The position numbers were made by a program, and so were the translations under genes. Below, in pieces: positions 21,377 to 30,637 of a stretch of 64,000 bases of DNA (position 1 is its first letter; each line of letters starts with the position of its first letter). Origin of the DNA: Methanobacteriota archaeon (GTDB lineage: Archaea > Thermoplasmatota > Poseidoniia > Poseidoniales > Poseidoniaceae). The notes under the pieces were generated by a model, which searched no databases, was not told where the DNA came from, and was given only the letters and a program-made list of their open reading frames with translations. The stretch is taken from positions 1-64,000 of the forward strand of contig JABIGM010000050.1 of NCBI GenBank assembly GCA_018650165.1, given 5' to 3'.

Positions 21377-21413
21377 CCGGCCTAACCCGAGAACTAATCT
21401 CGGAGATAGCCAG
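21377..21413 (-). other. Intercistronic stem-loop between atpK and atpE
   Basis: CCGAGA-TTAGT-TCTCGG inner stem (21387-21403), extended by CTGGCTA/TAGGCCGG with one bulge and one G-U pair. Confidence 0.45.
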
Positions 21414-21419
21414 TATTGC

Positions 21420-21713
21420 TCATAGGAACAATGGTAGAGCACCTAGAATCACGATAGATTCAGGCAATGCGGTAAAGATCAGAGCTGGTCCGAATTTCGA
21501 ACCATCTTCAGCAAGCATACCGACAGCGGCGCTGCCAATGCTTCCCTGAGAGATACCTGCTCCAAGACCTGCTAGTCCAAGTGCGATACCCGATCCCATG
21601 TATTTACCCCATCCGTCATAGTCGCCAGCAGCTAGCACACCTGGTGCTAACATGGTGATTCCCATGAGTACGATTAGTGCTCTTAGGCTCATTTTTACGA
21701 TATTTGTGTTCAT
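21420..21713 (-). CDS. atpK: A/V-type ATP synthase subunit K (c, proteolipid) with N-terminal signal-peptide-like leader
   Basis: GLAGLGAGISQGSIG...ALPESIVILG single hairpin with catalytic Glu; start ATG 21713 preceded by CAGGAGGA. Confidence 0.95.
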   Translation of the reverse strand: MNTNIVKMSLRALIVLMGITMLAPGVLAAGDYDGWGKYMGSGIALGLAGLGAGISQGSIGSAAVGMLAEDGSKFGPALIFTALPESIVILGALPLFL

Positions 21714-21753
21714 ATTTTTTTCCTCCTGTTTTTGTCCAATTGGGACTATGATA

Positions 21754-23778
21754 TCAGTGGCCCTCCACATGTAGAGGACGGCCACCTAGTGGTGTAAACT
21801 CTTGTCCAGAGCCGTCGTGGAACTTGCCCATCCACTCAACGAAGTGTAGACGGACAGCGTGGATGCTCGGTGAGAGCAATCCAAGTGCAAGTGCGAAAAC
21901 CTGGACTCCTATCCAGATTAGCAAACAGAATACTGCGACTAAGTAATCACCGGAAGAGAATGCATCGGCCATTCCATGGAATCCCATTTCATTTCCAACT
22001 TCTGCAATCTTTACTCCAGCAACACCTACTGCCATTACTCGAAGATAAGAAAGGGTGTTAGCAAGTAGGCCAAACGTTTCAATTGGACCCATGATAATAC
22101 CTCCAAGCCAGCCGAATCCTTCATACACAGCAAGGCCGTAAATTAGACAAATTACACCTACTACGACCATCATGGACCATAATGAGCCTTCGAAAGTCCC
22201 GTACCTTTCATCGGTAATGAATCTTAGAATATGAGCGGATCCTCCGACCAAAATTAGAATCCAAGAGCCCTTCTCGAAGAATGCTGCGACTGGACCATGT
22301 GCCCTGAATACGTTGATGAATCCAATAATGAATCCAAGAAGTAAGTGTGCGCATCCAAGATATATTGACAAAAGGATGTAATCTTGTAGAGCGCCGCCTG
22401 CGCGGTGGAATGGAAGATAAGTGTGAGATAGGCCGAATAATTCCTCAAATACAGTTCCTGTTAGTGTGTGGTGTGTCGCATTGTAAAGAGACTCATAGAA
22501 TGGTGCAAGTAGAGCCCAATCTTCAATGATAAAACCGAATGCTTCAGCTGTAAGCACTCCAACGATGAATGTTGCAATACCCATGTTCATCAAAATTCTT
22601 GCGCCAATAGCGCCAACAGGGTCATGCCCCATCTTGGATTTTAGGAACATTGCTAGCATCATAATGACTAATCCGTATCCTGCATCTCCAAGAATCAATC
22701 CATAGAAAATTGGGAAGGTAATTGCGAGCATACTTGTAGGGTCTATCGTTCCATATTTTGGACGACCTACTAGATTGGTAAGTAGTGAAGCGTGACGTGT
22801 CGCCTGAGCGGTATTATACTCAAATGGAGGGTATTCGGTCTCATGGTGGTGATCATCATGGCCATGTTCTTCTACAAATTTTTCAATCTTCAAGTGTGAG
22901 CATACCTTGGAAAGTACACTTCTTGCTTCATCCGCAGCAGAAGTCGGAACCCATGCTTCTAGGGCGTATGCATGAGCGCTAGTTGCACACAATGTATGCC
23001 CAGTTAGGATTTCACTTTCTCTCTCCAGGTGTTCTTGAACTGCAAGTAACATTCTTTGATTATTTGAAATCCATGTCTCCATCTTTGAGTCACATTCAGA
23101 AATCGTTTTGTTTGAAATTTTGATATCTTTTTCTGCCTCTTCAAGTAATTTGGAAGGTTTTCCTTTGCCGCTAGGAATTTGAATTGATTTAGCACCAAGT
23201 TCACCCATTGCCATTTGTACTTCTGCGGCTTCTTTACCTTGACAAGCAACTGCAATTACATTTCCAGCAATATGCATTTCAATACGGTCTACTAATTCAC
23301 CAAAAACTTGTGTCGCCTTGTTAGCTTTAGGAGTCTCGCCAACATAAACGTCCAGTGACGATATCTCAGTCATCAATTCAAGTGGGATATTTAGAGGATT
23401 AATTGTTGATAGAATAGAAACCCTTTCTTCAAGCCGGGTAATTTCTGCAACTGCTTCGTTCTTTTTGACAATGGTCTCAGAAATAGTATCTATTTTCTTA
23501 GGGAAGTTTCCAGAAATTGCTTGCTTAACCGCCTTAGCAGAAACTGGGCCATCTTTGTTTGCACAATTTAGAACAGATCTTGCAGAACGTACCTTCGATA
23601 ACAAAGATGAGACGCTGTCTGCATCTGGATGCGGAGTGCCTACTGATATTCCGTCGGTATCGCCAGAGTAAGGTGTGATGTGGACATTACCCAAATCTGC
23701 ACACAAACGTAGAGCATCGTCAAGTTCGCTTTGCGAACCCGCCATTGTGAGGCGAGACATCTCTACAGCACTAAGCAT
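21754..23778 (-). CDS. atpI: A/V-type ATP synthase subunit I (a)
   Basis: PKYGTIDPT, FYGLILGDAGYG, LANTLSYLRVMAVG, HAVRLHFVEWMGKF; His-rich loop EEHGHDDHHHE. Confidence 0.96.
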   Translation of the reverse strand: MLSAVEMSRLTMAGSQSELDDALRLCADLGNVHITPYSGDTDGISVGTPHPDADSVSSLLSKVRSARSVLNCANKDGPVSAKAVKQAISGNFPKKIDTISETIVKKNEAVAEITRLEERVSILSTINPLNIPLELMTEISSLDVYVGETPKANKATQVFGELVDRIEMHIAGNVIAVACQGKEAAEVQMAMGELGAKSIQIPSGKGKPSKLLEEAEKDIKISNKTISECDSKMETWISNNQRMLLAVQEHLERESEILTGHTLCATSAHAYALEAWVPTSAADEARSVLSKVCSHLKIEKFVEEHGHDDHHHETEYPPFEYNTAQATRHASLLTNLVGRPKYGTIDPTSMLAITFPIFYGLILGDAGYGLVIMMLAMFLKSKMGHDPVGAIGARILMNMGIATFIVGVLTAEAFGFIIEDWALLAPFYESLYNATHHTLTGTVFEELFGLSHTYLPFHRAGGALQDYILLSIYLGCAHLLLGFIIGFINVFRAHGPVAAFFEKGSWILILVGGSAHILRFITDERYGTFEGSLWSMMVVVGVICLIYGLAVYEGFGWLGGIIMGPIETFGLLANTLSYLRVMAVGVAGVKIAEVGNEMGFHGMADAFSSGDYLVAVFCLLIWIGVQVFALALGLLSPSIHAVRLHFVEWMGKFHDGSGQEFTPLGGRPLHVEGH

Positions 23779-23787
23779 CTTATCACC

Positions 23788-24105
23788 TCAGTTTGACATA
23801 AGAGAATCGATTACTATTTGAACGGCTGCTGAACGACGGTCACCAGCAGAGGATTGTATTCCCCCAACCTTAACCGCGCCTTCCGCATGCACAACTTCTG
23901 CTTCCTTTCCAGCCTTATTGCGTGCTGAATCAAGAGTTTTTACTGTGGAACTAACCGCGCCATCCTGTGCGTTCTGAACAATATCAGCAGCTTCTTTACG
24001 AGCATCAGCAAGAATCTTTGTTGCCTTCTCTTTTGAAGCAGAGATTGTTGTGTCTGCTGATTCTTCTGCATTTTTTATGCTTTGAAGTACATCCGCCATA
24101 CCCAT
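23788..24105 (-). CDS. atpH: A/V-type ATP synthase subunit H (G)
   Basis: Short Ala/Lys/Glu coiled coil, first gene of the operon. Start MGMADVL at 24105 (or 24099) after AAGGTGG. Confidence 0.85.
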   Translation of the reverse strand: MGMADVLQSIKNAEESADTTISASKEKATKILADARKEAADIVQNAQDGAVSSTVKTLDSARNKAGKEAEVVHAEGAVKVGGIQSSAGDRRSAAVQIVIDSLMSN

Positions 24106-24237
24106 AGTTACCACCTTAGTGTCCCGCCCGACTAATATCGGGTTCATAACCCTCGTGGTTGAGAAATTGAACAGACTTTACCAAACTCAATAGAAAACAC
24201 ACCAAATGGTCATATCCGAAGTTCTTGCCGAACAACC

Positions 24238-24978
24238 ATGTCGGACCGCTCTAGTACCGGGGGTTTTGATGCCTCGGGAATTGATGAAGATGCGTGGACT
24301 GAACTGGAACGGCAGTTGGAAGCAACAATTCCAGTATACGACCGCGTGAATCGAATTATGACTCTTGGTTTCGACAAAAGTATGCGAAAACATGTACGTA
24401 ATCATGCCAAATCTGGCATGAAAATCCTTGAAGTTGGTTGCGGCCCTGGCTCGTTTTCCGTAGACTTAATCGGAATGGATTTGACATGCCTTGACCCTAG
24501 TACAGAGATGCTCAAAGTATGTAGAAAGCGAGTTGACGCTATACGAACTGAGCGAGCCGAGACTCCGGCCGTATATGTTGAAGCCGTTGCAGAAGAAATT
24601 CCTCTTCCAGACAATACTTTCGATAGAGTATTCTGCTTGTTTTCATTCCGAGATTTCAAAGATAAAAGAACTGGCCTTTCAGAAATTTTCAGAGTACTCA
24701 AGCCGGGGGGCCAATTGGTAATATGCGATGCAGGTAAAGCGAACTGGTTGCATGGATTATTTGGTAGAATTTACATGGCGACATTTGTTCAATTGGTTGC
24801 ACGAATTGTAACTAAAGACCCCAAACACCCATGGAAATGGCTAGCGAGAACCTATACTCATTACGGGACTCATTCGTACTACAAATCCATGATGAAAGAA
24901 GTGGGTTTTACTGAGGTAAAAGCAAGACTATTATTTCCCGGAATGTCTAGCCGCTTCAAGGCACAAAAACCAGAATAG
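24238..24978 (+). CDS. Class I SAM-dependent methyltransferase, UbiE/MenG family
   Basis: YDRVNRIMTLG, ILEVGCGPG, AEEIPLPDNTFDRV, EIFRVLKPGG. Confidence 0.88.
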   Translation: MSDRSSTGGFDASGIDEDAWTELERQLEATIPVYDRVNRIMTLGFDKSMRKHVRNHAKSGMKILEVGCGPGSFSVDLIGMDLTCLDPSTEMLKVCRKRVDAIRTERAETPAVYVEAVAEEIPLPDNTFDRVFCLFSFRDFKDKRTGLSEIFRVLKPGGQLVICDAGKANWLHGLFGRIYMATFVQLVARIVTKDPKHPWKWLARTYTHYGTHSYYKSMMKEVGFTEVKARLLFPGMSSRFKAQKPE

Positions 24979-25040
24979 TTCTGTATAATGTGGGATATCT
25001 TACCTGTATAATTATATCATGGTTATATTGAGTTAAAACC

Positions 25041-25865
25041 ATGGAAGAGAAAGTCTCGAAAGCCGACTCCGCCCCTTTAATAAATCTCAAAGGCCTAGAT
25101 CGGCACTATGGAGAAGGTGATACTTTAGTTAAGGCCCTCGATAACATTTCACTCGAGATTGATAAAGGCGAAATTGTAGCACTTCTTGGGCCATCTGGAT
25201 CAGGGAAAACCACTCTTCTAAACGTAATTGCTGCATTGGATATTCCGACTGCTGGAACTTATGATTTCGAGGGTGCACGTGTACCTTTAGGTAAAGTAGA
25301 GAGTATGACTGCTTTTCGACGAAATAATATAGGATATATTTTCCAATTCTTCAATCTTTTAGCCGACCTTACGGCTCTTGAAAATGTTCTCTTAGTCCAA
25401 GATTTATCTGATTCAAGGGATAGGGACAAAGCCGTAGCATTGCTGAAATCAGTTGGTTTGAGCGGTCTGGAAGACCGATTTCCCTCACAGATGTCAGGAG
25501 GTCAAAGGCAAAGAGTTGCAATAGCACGGGCCTTAGCAAAGAGTCCACGTTTGATATTGGGTGATGAATTAACTGGGAATTTAGATTCAGAAACCAGTGC
25601 GACTGTGATGGAAGCGCTAATTAAAACCTGTAAAAAAGAAGACATGACTACAATATTTGTTACTCATGACCAAACCTTGACTCGATTTGCAACCAGAATA
25701 ATTCACCTCGATAGTGGAAGAATTGTCAAAGACGAGTCCGGTGGAATTAACAATATGGCAACTACTGCAAAAATGGCTGCTGGCGAAGTGATAGAGGATA
25801 CGATTGGTGGAGTCAAAAAGGTTGCATCAAAGGTAAAGGGTTTTGTCCAGTCAATCGTGGAGTGA
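25041..25865 (+). CDS. ABC transporter ATP-binding protein (LolD/MacB type)
   Basis: GPSGSGKTT, IFQFFNL, MSGGQRQRVAIARAL, ILGDELTGNLD, VTHD. Confidence 0.95.
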   Translation: MEEKVSKADSAPLINLKGLDRHYGEGDTLVKALDNISLEIDKGEIVALLGPSGSGKTTLLNVIAALDIPTAGTYDFEGARVPLGKVESMTAFRRNNIGYIFQFFNLLADLTALENVLLVQDLSDSRDRDKAVALLKSVGLSGLEDRFPSQMSGGQRQRVAIARALAKSPRLILGDELTGNLDSETSATVMEALIKTCKKEDMTTIFVTHDQTLTRFATRIIHLDSGRIVKDESGGINNMATTAKMAAGEVIEDTIGGVKKVASKVKGFVQSIVE

Positions 25866-28258
25866 TCGTCTTGAATAATTTGCTTTTAAGGCGATTGAGA
25901 CGCAGCTTGATGCGGACTAAACTTAGACTTTTTACGGTGGTATTATTGATCACCTTATCGGTGTATGCGGGCGTGGTTTTCTCCGAACATAGCAGAAATG
26001 CAGAATTGGTTTACGAGGATTTTTACACTGAAACTAATCTAGCCGATTTAATTGTAACAACATACGATATAGAGAGTAAAGAAAATCTTACTATTGCTTG
26101 TGGCTCTATCGAAAATGTCGATTGTGAGGCTAGTCTTGTCCTTACTGGGCAGTCAAATTACACATTTGCCAGTGGTGAAGAAAAATGGTTGAAATCAACA
26201 TTCTATGGCATGGGTGAAGGCGATGTAACCGGTATTTGGAGTTACGAAGGCAGTACTTCACCCCAAACTGGTGAAATTGTAATTGATGCACATTTTGCCA
26301 ATAATGATTCTGTAATGATGTCAATTGGCGACAGTATTGATCTGATTGTTGCTGAAGGCGAAATACATACACTGGAAGTTGTAGGGATTGCCTACAGCCC
26401 TCTAGAATTATTTTATGCAGAACCTGGTGTGATTTTTCCTCAAGAGTCGACATATGTAGTTGGATACCTCGATGTTGAATACCTCGCACTAATATCAGGT
26501 AATCAGCCCGATTCAAGAAATACATTAAATATCGATTTGGAAGGTACTCCTGACTTTGATTTTTCAAACACAGAAATTAATGAAGGAGAGGAATTAGATG
26601 ATTTAAAAATAATAATTTCAGATTCCCTTAATGAGTCCGGAACACCCGGAATAGTACTTGACAGAGGAGATTTACGAAGTCCCGAATTATTGCGATTAGA
26701 CCAGCAAGGCCTAGAAAAAACATCTCCGTTTATTCTGGTAGTATTACTATTCATCAGCGGATTAGTAATCGCAATTTCACTTGACCGATTAATCAGAACA
26801 CAATCACGAGAAATCGCAGTTATGCGTACGGTGGGAGCATCCAGTAAAGATGTGATGCTGGGCTATCTATTAGTGCCACTAGTCGTTGGAATCCCAGGAG
26901 TTGTAATGGGAATCTTGCTTGGGATTTCATCGATTGGCTCAGAGGCTTTTACTAAATTTTATTTTGGATTCCTTGGAGTCCCTGTGGTAGAAATTCGACA
27001 TCATCCCGATTTATTATTCACTCTGGGTAGTTCCGCTTTGGCAGTGATTTTCTTATTCGGGATTAGACCCGCTTGGAAAGCAGCTAAAATCCAGCCCCTA
27101 GAGATTTTGGGCCAGGGCGATGACCGCACTCCCAACCGTTTTATTTCGTACATAACTTCGAAGATGTCACCTGGTATAGGACTGGGTTTACGTTCCACAT
27201 TTAGAAAGCCGGCTAGACTACTAGTGACTCTTGTAGCACTCTCTCTCGCCATGGTTATTCTGGGTGGAACAATGATGTTTATGGCAGGATTTACTGATGC
27301 ATTCAATGAGTCTACAGATAAGCAAGAAAATTGGGAATATCAATTTTCAATGCCTTCATCTAGTGAAGAAAATGTAAGTAACTGGGCAATCGGAAACACA
27401 ACATCATTCGAACTTACTCTCACTTCAAGTTCAGTAGTTGCAGGCACAAATAAGGAAATAATTCTCAAAGGATTAGATGTGATTTCCGATGAAGATGATG
27501 CAATGCATCGATTAAATTTGCTTGAAGGCGATTTACCTGATAAGAATAAAACACCACCTGAAGTAATCCTCGACGAAGGTTCTGCAGAGTTAGAAGAATA
27601 CTCTGTTGGAGATACAATTGTTATCGATTTCCAAGGCACTAAGCACGAATTGAAGATTTCGGGAATCGCTCGTGAATTATCCCGCTCGATTTATTTCCAC
27701 CGCGCTGATTTGATTCCAATCGTTGGGGAAGAAGCAAATGGGGCATACCTCATTCTATCTCCTGAAGGTAATTTGGAAGAGATTCGCGCTTCAACATACT
27801 CAATTGTTGAAAAAGCGGTAATGGTAGAAGGTTTCAAAGAAATCCTAAAGCAACAGGAAGCGATAATGCAAACTACATACGCAATCGGTGGATTACTTGC
27901 CATTGCAATACTGTTCAATACATTGTTGATCAATCTTTCAGAGAGGGATTCAGAATTAGCAACTCTCCGAGTATTAGGTGCTAGCCGGAGTCGGCTTGCT
28001 GTCATATTGACTGTCGAGCATACATTCATTGGTTTACTGGGAGGCATCGCAGGTGCAGCTACTAGCGTTGCATATTATTCATCGATGGCTGCTTTAATGT
28101 CTACTTGGGCATTCCATTTGCCAGTAGTGATAAATTACACTGTTATGTTCCAAGTTATTGGATTTGTTTTGGTCGCAGCTTTACTGACAACCCCTGTTGG
28201 GATTTGGCGAATTGGAAAAATGGATCTCCTAGAAGTTGTTGCAAGACACGAACGTTAA
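25862..28258 (+). CDS. ABC transporter permease, FtsX/MacB-like, two permease domains
   Basis: REIAVMRTVGAS and RDSELATLRVLGAS motifs, two large extracytoplasmic domains; overlaps ATPase stop. Confidence 0.9.
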   Translation: MIVLNNLLLRRLRRSLMRTKLRLFTVVLLITLSVYAGVVFSEHSRNAELVYEDFYTETNLADLIVTTYDIESKENLTIACGSIENVDCEASLVLTGQSNYTFASGEEKWLKSTFYGMGEGDVTGIWSYEGSTSPQTGEIVIDAHFANNDSVMMSIGDSIDLIVAEGEIHTLEVVGIAYSPLELFYAEPGVIFPQESTYVVGYLDVEYLALISGNQPDSRNTLNIDLEGTPDFDFSNTEINEGEELDDLKIIISDSLNESGTPGIVLDRGDLRSPELLRLDQQGLEKTSPFILVVLLFISGLVIAISLDRLIRTQSREIAVMRTVGASSKDVMLGYLLVPLVVGIPGVVMGILLGISSIGSEAFTKFYFGFLGVPVVEIRHHPDLLFTLGSSALAVIFLFGIRPAWKAAKIQPLEILGQGDDRTPNRFISYITSKMSPGIGLGLRSTFRKPARLLVTLVALSLAMVILGGTMMFMAGFTDAFNESTDKQENWEYQFSMPSSSEENVSNWAIGNTTSFELTLTSSSVVAGTNKEIILKGLDVISDEDDAMHRLNLLEGDLPDKNKTPPEVILDEGSAELEEYSVGDTIVIDFQGTKHELKISGIARELSRSIYFHRADLIPIVGEEANGAYLILSPEGNLEEIRASTYSIVEKAVMVEGFKEILKQQEAIMQTTYAIGGLLAIAILFNTLLINLSERDSELATLRVLGASRSRLAVILTVEHTFIGLLGGIAGAATSVAYYSSMAALMSTWAFHLPVVINYTVMFQVIGFVLVAALLTTPVGIWRIGKMDLLEVVARHER

Positions 28259-28397
28259 CTCTAACCCGGCCAAATCGACCACCTCTAAAGTACAGGTGCG
28301 CCATTGTGGGCCCTGTAAGCATCAACTTACTAAGTTGCTATCGCGATAACTCTTGTTGTAAGCAATGGCTTTGGAACTCGCCGTCGCACAGGCATCA

Positions 28398-29210
28398 TCA
28401 AGCGATACGCTCGACTGTCTCTGGAGTGATTCCTTCTTCAGGAGTAACTCTGTAAACCAGAATAGAAAGATTTTCAGGAGCGTTTCTAAACTTAGAAACG
28501 ATCATTGAAGTCTCGAATTCTGAACCGACCGTCCTGACCTTGAAATCGCAAACCATGTCAGCTATTGCTGCCATTTCTTGCTTGATTGCAGGAGTAATTG
28601 TATCATTAGATACTGTGATGAATAGTATACCTCGGGTCAATTGGGTGTGTGCTTGCATCATTCTGAGCATTGCGATTACACGATTTGGGTCTTCTCTTTG
28701 CATAAAGAAATCAAGGGAATCTACTACTGCTCTAAAATAAGGATTCAGTGACATTATTTCATTGGTCATTTCGGTTAGGAAATCCTGAGTATCATCATCA
28801 ACGAATCTGGTTTGTGCAAGTCTCTGGATATCTGGAAGTTTGAATCCTTCTAGGCGGTAACGGCTAGCAAGTAACTCTTTTTCGAGAACCCTTGCATTAT
28901 ATTCTTCACCAAGAGTTCGCACACCAATATCTGTTGGCCAACCATATTTTTTGAATACACGAGCGATTTCAAGTTGGCTTTCATTCGTAGAAATTAGAAT
29001 TGTATTATCCGGTTCTTCTGCGGGAGAGGTAAACTGTTTTGCAAACAATTCGGAACCTGCACCAACATCGGTAAAGCCGATGACTAAGAAGCCGCGGGGG
29101 ACCCCTCCGTACATTGCGTTGTCGAACTTTGGGACACCAAAACTTCCGACACTGCCGAAAAAGCTCTCATCTTCCTTATCGAATTTAAGTTGCTCAACCA
29201 TACAAATCAT
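28398..29210 (-). CDS. KaiC/RAD55-like RecA-fold protein with degenerate Walker A
   Basis: FDNAMYGGVPRG, P-loop reads TDVGAGSEL (no Lys), RAVVDSLDFF, SKFRNAP. Confidence 0.8.
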   Translation of the reverse strand: MICMVEQLKFDKEDESFFGSVGSFGVPKFDNAMYGGVPRGFLVIGFTDVGAGSELFAKQFTSPAEEPDNTILISTNESQLEIARVFKKYGWPTDIGVRTLGEEYNARVLEKELLASRYRLEGFKLPDIQRLAQTRFVDDDTQDFLTEMTNEIMSLNPYFRAVVDSLDFFMQREDPNRVIAMLRMMQAHTQLTRGILFITVSNDTITPAIKQEMAAIADMVCDFKVRTVGSEFETSMIVSKFRNAPENLSILVYRVTPEEGITPETVERIA

Positions 29211-29214
29211 CTCC

Positions 29215-29799
29215 TCAGTGGATTACCACCTGGCCACGATCTATTAGATCGGTGCAGTATAAGTCAAGATTTGAAAGTACCATTGGTGGCACTTGATCTG
29301 GAACATTCAAAATAACTGAAAGTACCTCTCTTTGACGGAAGGTATTGATGAATACATGCAGATATTCAGCAAGCATACGTTCTTCATTGTAAATTGCAAG
29401 AGCATTTACGGAATCAATAACCACGAAATTACGCTCAGAATTAGAGATTCTTAATGTGTAAAGCGTCCTAAGTAAGACACTTTCAAGCATAATTGGGCTA
29501 TCAACAAATGAAATATTAGGATATTGAACATCGGTTCCACCTAGCGTTCCAGATGAAACTAAATCGATGAACTGGATTCCTGAAACATCGACACCAATTG
29601 CTTCAAATGCTTCGATAATTTCGACTGCACCTCGTGTCGCACAGATATAGACGCCACTCATTTCAAACATCTGCATAAGAGGAATCATTGTAGATGCTGT
29701 TACCATAAAAGCGTTAGAATTACCACAACGTACCTGTATCGATGAATTCAGGCTGACTTCAGTCAACTGTTCGGCGATTCTCTGGTCCAATTCAAACAT
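29215..29799 (-). CDS. Inactive RecA/KaiC-fold protein (no P-loop)
   Basis: GVYICATRG, IQFIDLVS, FVVIDSVNALAIYN pattern of inactivated KaiC-like domains. Start MFELDQ at 29799. Confidence 0.65.
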   Translation of the reverse strand: MFELDQRIAEQLTEVSLNSSIQVRCGNSNAFMVTASTMIPLMQMFEMSGVYICATRGAVEIIEAFEAIGVDVSGIQFIDLVSSGTLGGTDVQYPNISFVDSPIMLESVLLRTLYTLRISNSERNFVVIDSVNALAIYNEERMLAEYLHVFINTFRQREVLSVILNVPDQVPPMVLSNLDLYCTDLIDRGQVVIH

Positions 29800-29801
29800 A
29801 A

Positions 29802-30602
29802 TCAGGACCCCCATCTGCTGGTCTTATCGCTAACGGCTCCCCATTTCAACATTGGAGTGAGCATTACTCCAAGTGGGGTTAATTCAATTGCGTGTTTGGC
29901 ACGACTATGTGAAGTTCCTCGCATTTTTACAACTTGTAAAAACCTAAGTAAATGGCCCATTCTCTCAACGTCTCCCATGACAATAATTCCGTCTGCGATT
30001 GCTTCTTCAACACCAAATGATGACCAATGTGCATTTTCAGTAGCAGATGTAATCTCTGAAATTAAAATGGTTGTACAACCTAGTGTTGCAAGTTTCTTTC
30101 CAAGAGTGAATAGGAAATCACGAATCAGTTGTTCACTTTTAATTTTGTAACAAAGAGTTGTTACAGAATCAATAACTAATCTTGTGACACCAATCGTGTT
30201 AACAATGTCGACAATTGCTTTGATTAAAGCGTGAACGTCATCAAGGTCGAAAGAGGCTTTGTCTAATCCAAGCCATGAGTACAATACATCCATATCGAAG
30301 ACGTTGATTAATCCGTTATCGATCATATTCATGTCAAAGAAAGCGTATTGGCGAATATTCTCTAATAATTTGACACTTGGCTCAGTTGCAGTAAAGTGCG
30401 CACACGCCTCACCGGCAAGTGCACCTCTTACCAAGAATTCCATTGCAAAAGTAGTCTTTCCAGAACCACAGGTTCCGGCTGCAAGAACCGTTGAACCGTA
30501 AGGTATTCCACCCCTTAGAATTTCATCCATTCCATGTATACCGGTGATGCAACGATCACGGCTGTAGACTGCTGCTGGCTCCATGGGTAACAGTCGAGCC
30601 AC
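29802..30602 (-). CDS. Single-domain KaiC/RAD55-family ATPase
   Basis: TGIHGMDEILRGGIP, intact Walker A GTCGSGKTT, RLVIDSV, GVEEAIADGII, QVVKMRGTSHS. Confidence 0.92.
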   Translation of the reverse strand: MARLLPMEPAAVYSRDRCITGIHGMDEILRGGIPYGSTVLAAGTCGSGKTTFAMEFLVRGALAGEACAHFTATEPSVKLLENIRQYAFFDMNMIDNGLINVFDMDVLYSWLGLDKASFDLDDVHALIKAIVDIVNTIGVTRLVIDSVTTLCYKIKSEQLIRDFLFTLGKKLATLGCTTILISEITSATENAHWSSFGVEEAIADGIIVMGDVERMGHLLRFLQVVKMRGTSHSRAKHAIELTPLGVMLTPMLKWGAVSDKTSRWGS

Positions 30603-30637
30603 ACCTTCACACTAAATGAACGATACGCCGAAAACAT

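Noticed and set aside
24981-25012. CTGTATAAT direct repeat upstream of the ABC transporter
   Set aside because: Short AT-rich match in an AT-rich promoter; probably TATA-like elements or chance
28398-30602. Circadian KaiABC clock
   Set aside because: Single-domain proteins, no KaiA/KaiB, and no Ser/Thr at the CII phosphosite positions
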